In this document: positions 60,926 to 64,000 of the stretch, piece by piece | How positions within the stretch are numbered: position 1 is the stretch's first letter | How the letters are laid out: each line of letters begins with the position of its first letter | Assembly: GCA_031459915.1 (NCBI GenBank) | Contig: JAVKHO010000002.1 | Location: forward strand, 23,952 to 87,951 | Source of the DNA: Candidatus Tepidifontimicrobium thermophilum | Lineage (GTDB): Bacteria > Sysuimicrobiota > Sysuimicrobiia > Sysuimicrobiales > Sysuimicrobiaceae | DNA: 64,000 bases | Reading direction: 5' to 3' | Program-made: the position numbers and the translations under genes | The notes under the pieces: model-generated | What the model was told of the DNA's origin: nothing | The model's database searches: none | What the model saw: the letters and a program-made list of their open reading frames with translations, nothing else

Positions 60926-61774
60926 TCAGTGCGCCACCCAGAAGACCTTGCCCGCGCGCCGGACCGGCTGGTCGCCCGGAGTAGCGGCCGCCACCTCTGC
61001 GAACTGGGCCTGCAGACCCTCGTAGCCGGTCTGCTCCAGCTCCTCCGCCAGCTCCGGGCCGCCCGAGATCACGATCCGCCCGTCCAGCATCACGTGCACC
61101 TGGTGCGGGCGGATGTACTGCAGGATCCGGGAGTAGTGGGTGATGAGGACGATCCCCAGGTTGCCTGCCGCCTTGTCGAACAGCTGGTTGACGTTCTCCG
61201 CCACCACCTTCACCGCGTCGATGTCGAGCCCCGAGTCCGTCTCGTCCAGGATGGCCATCTCCGGCTCCAGCACGGCCATCTGCAAGATCTCCGCCCGCTT
61301 CTTCTCCCCGCCGCTGAAGCCCTCGTTCACGTAGCGGGTCACGATGCTGGGGTCCAGCTTCAGCAGGTCCAGCTTCTCCCGGAGGATCTTCTGGAACTCC
61401 GCCACCGGGATGAGCTCGTTCTGGTAGCCCCGCCGGGCCGAAAGGGCCGTCCGCAGGAAGGAGGCGAAGTTGACCCCGGGAATGGCCACCGGGTACTGGA
61501 AGGCGATGAACAGGCCTTCCCTCGCCCGCTCGTCCGGGCTCATCTCCAGGAGATCCCGGCCCTTGTACAGGACTTCGCCTCCTGTGATCACGTAGAAGGG
61601 GTTCCCCATGAGGACGTTGGCCAGGGTGGACTTGCCTGACCCGTTGGGGCCCATGATGGCGTGGATCTCTCCCTTCCGGACCTCCAGGTTGACCCCCTTG
61701 AGGATCTCGCGATCCAGGTCCTCCACCTTGGCCCGCAGGTTGCGGATCACCAGGTCCGGCGCGCGCTCGTTCAT
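60926..61774 (-). CDS. sufC: Fe-S cluster assembly ATPase SufC
   Basis: GPNGSGKST Walker A and LSGGEKKR signature. ATG at 61774 is 4 nt after GGAGGGAG. Confidence 0.95.
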   Translation of the reverse strand: MNERAPDLVIRNLRAKVEDLDREILKGVNLEVRKGEIHAIMGPNGSGKSTLANVLMGNPFYVITGGEVLYKGRDLLEMSPDERAREGLFIAFQYPVAIPGVNFASFLRTALSARRGYQNELIPVAEFQKILREKLDLLKLDPSIVTRYVNEGFSGGEKKRAEILQMAVLEPEMAILDETDSGLDIDAVKVVAENVNQLFDKAAGNLGIVLITHYSRILQYIRPHQVHVMLDGRIVISGGPELAEELEQTGYEGLQAQFAEVAAATPGDQPVRRAGKVFWVAH

Positions 61775-61837
61775 GCTCCCTCCGTCGTTTTCGGTGGTCC
61801 TAAAATTCTTGACGTTTTTACTCAACAACCACAACCC

Positions 61838-61866
61838 ATTCTAGGGCCGCCTAGTGGGCCCGTCAA
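61838..61866 (-). promoter_or_regulatory. suf operon promoter TTGACG-17-TAGAAT in an AT-rich island
   Basis: -35 at 61866..61861 and -10 at 61843..61838. It is followed by an AT-rich leader of about 55 nt. Confidence 0.55.
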
Positions 61867-61875
61867 ACGCCCCAG

Positions 61876-62319
61876 TTACGGGGCCAGTTGTGCGTCCAGG
61901 GTCAGGGCCTCCAGCCCCGGCTTGAGGAGCTGGGAGACGGGGCAGCCGTCCTTGGCACCCTCCGCTACCTCTCGGAAGGTGGCCTCGTCGATGCCGGGGA
62001 CCCGCGCTCGGGTCTCGAGGTGGACTTTCGTGATCCTGGCGCCTGCCTCCCCCAGCTGCAGGGTCACCGTGGCTCGCGTCTCTACGCGCTCCGGCGGGGT
62101 ACCTCCCCGGGTCAGGCGGCCGGCCAGCGCCATGCTGAAGCAGGCCGCATGGGCTGCGGCGATGAGTTCTTCGGGGTTGCTCCCCTCGCCTGACTCGAAC
62201 CGGGACACGTACGTGACCGGAGTATCCCGGAGGGCTCCGCTGGGCGTGGAAACCTGCCCCGTCCCCGTGCGGAGGTCCCCGGTCCAGATGGCGCTCGCCG
62301 TGCGCGTGATCTCCGGCAT
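61876..62319 (-). CDS. OsmC/Ohr-family peroxiredoxin-like protein
   Basis: OsmC fold with conserved Cys pair (AACFSMA...GCPVSQ). Confidence 0.85.
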   Translation of the reverse strand: MPEITRTASAIWTGDLRTGTGQVSTPSGALRDTPVTYVSRFESGEGSNPEELIAAAHAACFSMALAGRLTRGGTPPERVETRATVTLQLGEAGARITKVHLETRARVPGIDEATFREVAEGAKDGCPVSQLLKPGLEALTLDAQLAP

Positions 62320-62372
62320 GGCTATCGCTCCTTTCGGGATCTCTGTTGGGAAGCAGGACGTACGGGGTCAGT

Positions 62373-63866
62373 TTACCACGGTTTGCCGCAGGCCCTCCCC
62401 TCCGCCAGCAGCTGCGCTGCGAGCTCCCGCAGGCGCCTGCGGCTCACCTTGTCCAGTCCCGCCCGAGGCAGCCGGTCGATGATCCACACCCGGCGCGGGA
62501 CTTTGAAACCGGCCAGGCGCGCCCGGCAGAAGCTCACGAGCTCCTGCGGGTCGGCCACCATCCCCGGCCTGACCCTCACGAAGCCCACCACCTGCTGCCC
62601 CCACTGGGGGTCCGGCAGCCCCACCACCGCGGCTTCCGCCACCGCGGGGTGAGCGCGCAGTACTGCTTCCACCTCCGCGGGGTACACGTTCTCCCCTCCC
62701 GTGACGATGAGATCCTCCCGCCGGTCCAACACGTGGAGGTGGCCCTCTGGGTCCACGTAACCGACATCCCCCGTGTGCAGCCATCCTCCCCGGAGCGTCC
62801 TCGCGGTGGCCTCGGGCCTGCGGAAGTAGCCCTTCATGACCGTGGGTCCGCGCACCAGGATTTCCCCTGGCTCCTGGGCGGATCGGCCCGCCCGCACCTC
62901 CACGCCCAGAAGGGGACGGCCCGCCGAGTCGGGCCGGTACAGCGCCACGGCGGGATGCAGGGTCGCCACCTGGGAGGCGGCCTCCGTAAGGCCGTAAGTG
63001 GGCGCCACGGGCCAGCCGCGGCGCGCTGCCTGCACCACCAGCTCTGCCGGCACGGGCCCGCCTCCTAGCAGCACCGCCCGCAGGCTCGCGGGCACCGGCC
63101 GGGCTGCCCGCGACTGCAGGACCCGGTCCAGCATGGTGGGGACCAGGGAGGTGTACGCTACCCCGAGATCCACCTCGTGGTTGAAAGCGTCGGGGTCGAA
63201 GCGGTCGTGCAGCACCACCACCGAGCCCGAAAGCGCGGCCCGCCACAGCACCGCGAGCCCGCCCACGTGGTACAGGGGCAGGACCACTAGCCACCCTCCT
63301 TCCGGGCCGCAGCCCAGGTGCAGGTTGCTGTACAGGGCATTCCAGAAGTGGTTGGCGAAGGTGAGCTGGGCTCCCTTCGGTTCGCCGGTGGTGGCGGAGG
63401 TGTACAGGATGCCCTGGACCGCGGCCCCAGGGTAGCGGTCCTGGAGCCGGACGGGCTCAGGACGGGCGTCTGGGAGGAGCTCGGGGTGCTCGGGATCCAC
63501 GCAGACGGTCTGCTTCCAGCCGGCCTCTGCCGCCAGGTCCTGCAACTCCGGCTCCGTCAGCAGCAGCTGGGGGGCGCAGTCCTCCAGGCGCCAGCGCAGC
63601 TCCGGCCCCGCAAGCCGCACGTGGAGCGGCACGCACACCGCCCCGAGCCGCGCCAGGGCACCCACCAGGACCACGAAGGGGACGCCGTTGCGCAGCAGCA
63701 GGGCCACCCGGGCACCCTTGGTCACCCCCAGCCCGGCCAGCCTGCACGCTGTCGCCCGCTGCCGCCGGTCCAGCTCGCCATAGCTCAGAACCCCCCCGGC
63801 CCAGCGGACGGCGGGCCGGGCCGGCTCCGAACCAGCCCAGTAGGCCACCGGGTCCGGGACCTTCAT
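62373..63866 (-). CDS. AMP-dependent synthetase/ligase (acyl-CoA synthetase or MenE-like)
   Basis: YTSATTGEPKG AMP-binding motif. ATG near 63866. Confidence 0.8.
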   Translation of the reverse strand: MKVPDPVAYWAGSEPARPAVRWAGGVLSYGELDRRQRATACRLAGLGVTKGARVALLLRNGVPFVVLVGALARLGAVCVPLHVRLAGPELRWRLEDCAPQLLLTEPELQDLAAEAGWKQTVCVDPEHPELLPDARPEPVRLQDRYPGAAVQGILYTSATTGEPKGAQLTFANHFWNALYSNLHLGCGPEGGWLVVLPLYHVGGLAVLWRAALSGSVVVLHDRFDPDAFNHEVDLGVAYTSLVPTMLDRVLQSRAARPVPASLRAVLLGGGPVPAELVVQAARRGWPVAPTYGLTEAASQVATLHPAVALYRPDSAGRPLLGVEVRAGRSAQEPGEILVRGPTVMKGYFRRPEATARTLRGGWLHTGDVGYVDPEGHLHVLDRREDLIVTGGENVYPAEVEAVLRAHPAVAEAAVVGLPDPQWGQQVVGFVRVRPGMVADPQELVSFCRARLAGFKVPRRVWIIDRLPRAGLDKVSRRRLRELAAQLLAEGRACGKPW

Positions 63867-64000
63867 ACCACGTAGGCTGCAGCCAGCAGGACGCCGTACA
63901 GGAGGTGCAGCCGCGCGGTGTCCCGCAGCGCGCGGTTGAGGGACGGACCGTCGTCGTGGACCCACACCCACCGCACCGTGCGCGCTGCGGAGGGTGCAAC

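Overview
A 64-kb window at about 70% GC in which nearly every gene is on the minus strand. From the low-coordinate end, an M50 site-2 protease is followed by a complete dcw cell-division/cell-wall cluster in the order mraZ-rsmH-ftsL-ftsI-murE-murF-mraY-murD-ftsW-murG-murC-murB-ftsQ-ftsA-ftsZ. Many gene junctions in that cluster are ATGA or GTGA start/stop overlaps. Upstream of mraZ lie a small zinc-ribbon ORF, RNase P RNA (rnpB), an rnhA-like gene and a COG1579 zinc-ribbon gene. A thiamine operon thiO-thiS-thiG-thiE sits behind a TPP riboswitch, followed by tRNA-Pro(CGG) and rpsA. The next block is syntenic with the Bacillus 'ylo' cluster: HDAC-like, rpe, a PASTA Ser/Thr kinase, a PBP2-like protein, a RodA-like SEDS protein, two FHA proteins, rlmN, rsmB, a YugP-like peptidase, fmt, def, priA, coaC, an archaeal-type cmk, remA and a YicC-like gene. 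After a plus-strand rqcH come pyrR, rluD, lgt, lspA, a DksA/TraR-like protein, an Asp/Glu racemase, and a type-2 ileS behind an Ile T-box leader. The high-coordinate end holds a divergent secreted FAD oxidoreductase, a thioesterase, tRNA-Val and tRNA-Leu, a geranylgeranyl-reductase-like protein, DUF881, a TlpA-like thioredoxin, a suf operon (sufC-B-D-Rieske-S-U) with a strong promoter, OsmC and an AMP-dependent ligase. The gene order is Firmicutes-like, so a high-GC Firmicutes-related lineage such as Symbiobacterium, Thermaerobacter or Limnochorda is likely; that is inference only. I found no transposase, integrase, CRISPR array or obvious defence island, and the window is mostly core housekeeping genes. 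The most notable observation is that both the PBP2-like and the RodA-like protein in the FHA-SEDS-PBP-kinase module have lost the conserved catalytic motifs that ftsI and ftsW keep in the same window. Other points worth checking are a small zinc-ribbon gene directly 3' of rnpB, an rnhA C-terminal extension that overlaps the rnpB 5' end, tRNA-Pro 3'-end repeat fragments that look like an integration scar, an archaeal-type Cmk where gmk normally sits, and several regulatory leaders (TPP, T-box, MraZ boxes, rpsA leader hairpin, suf promoter). Coordinates I derived myself may be off by 1-3 nt.
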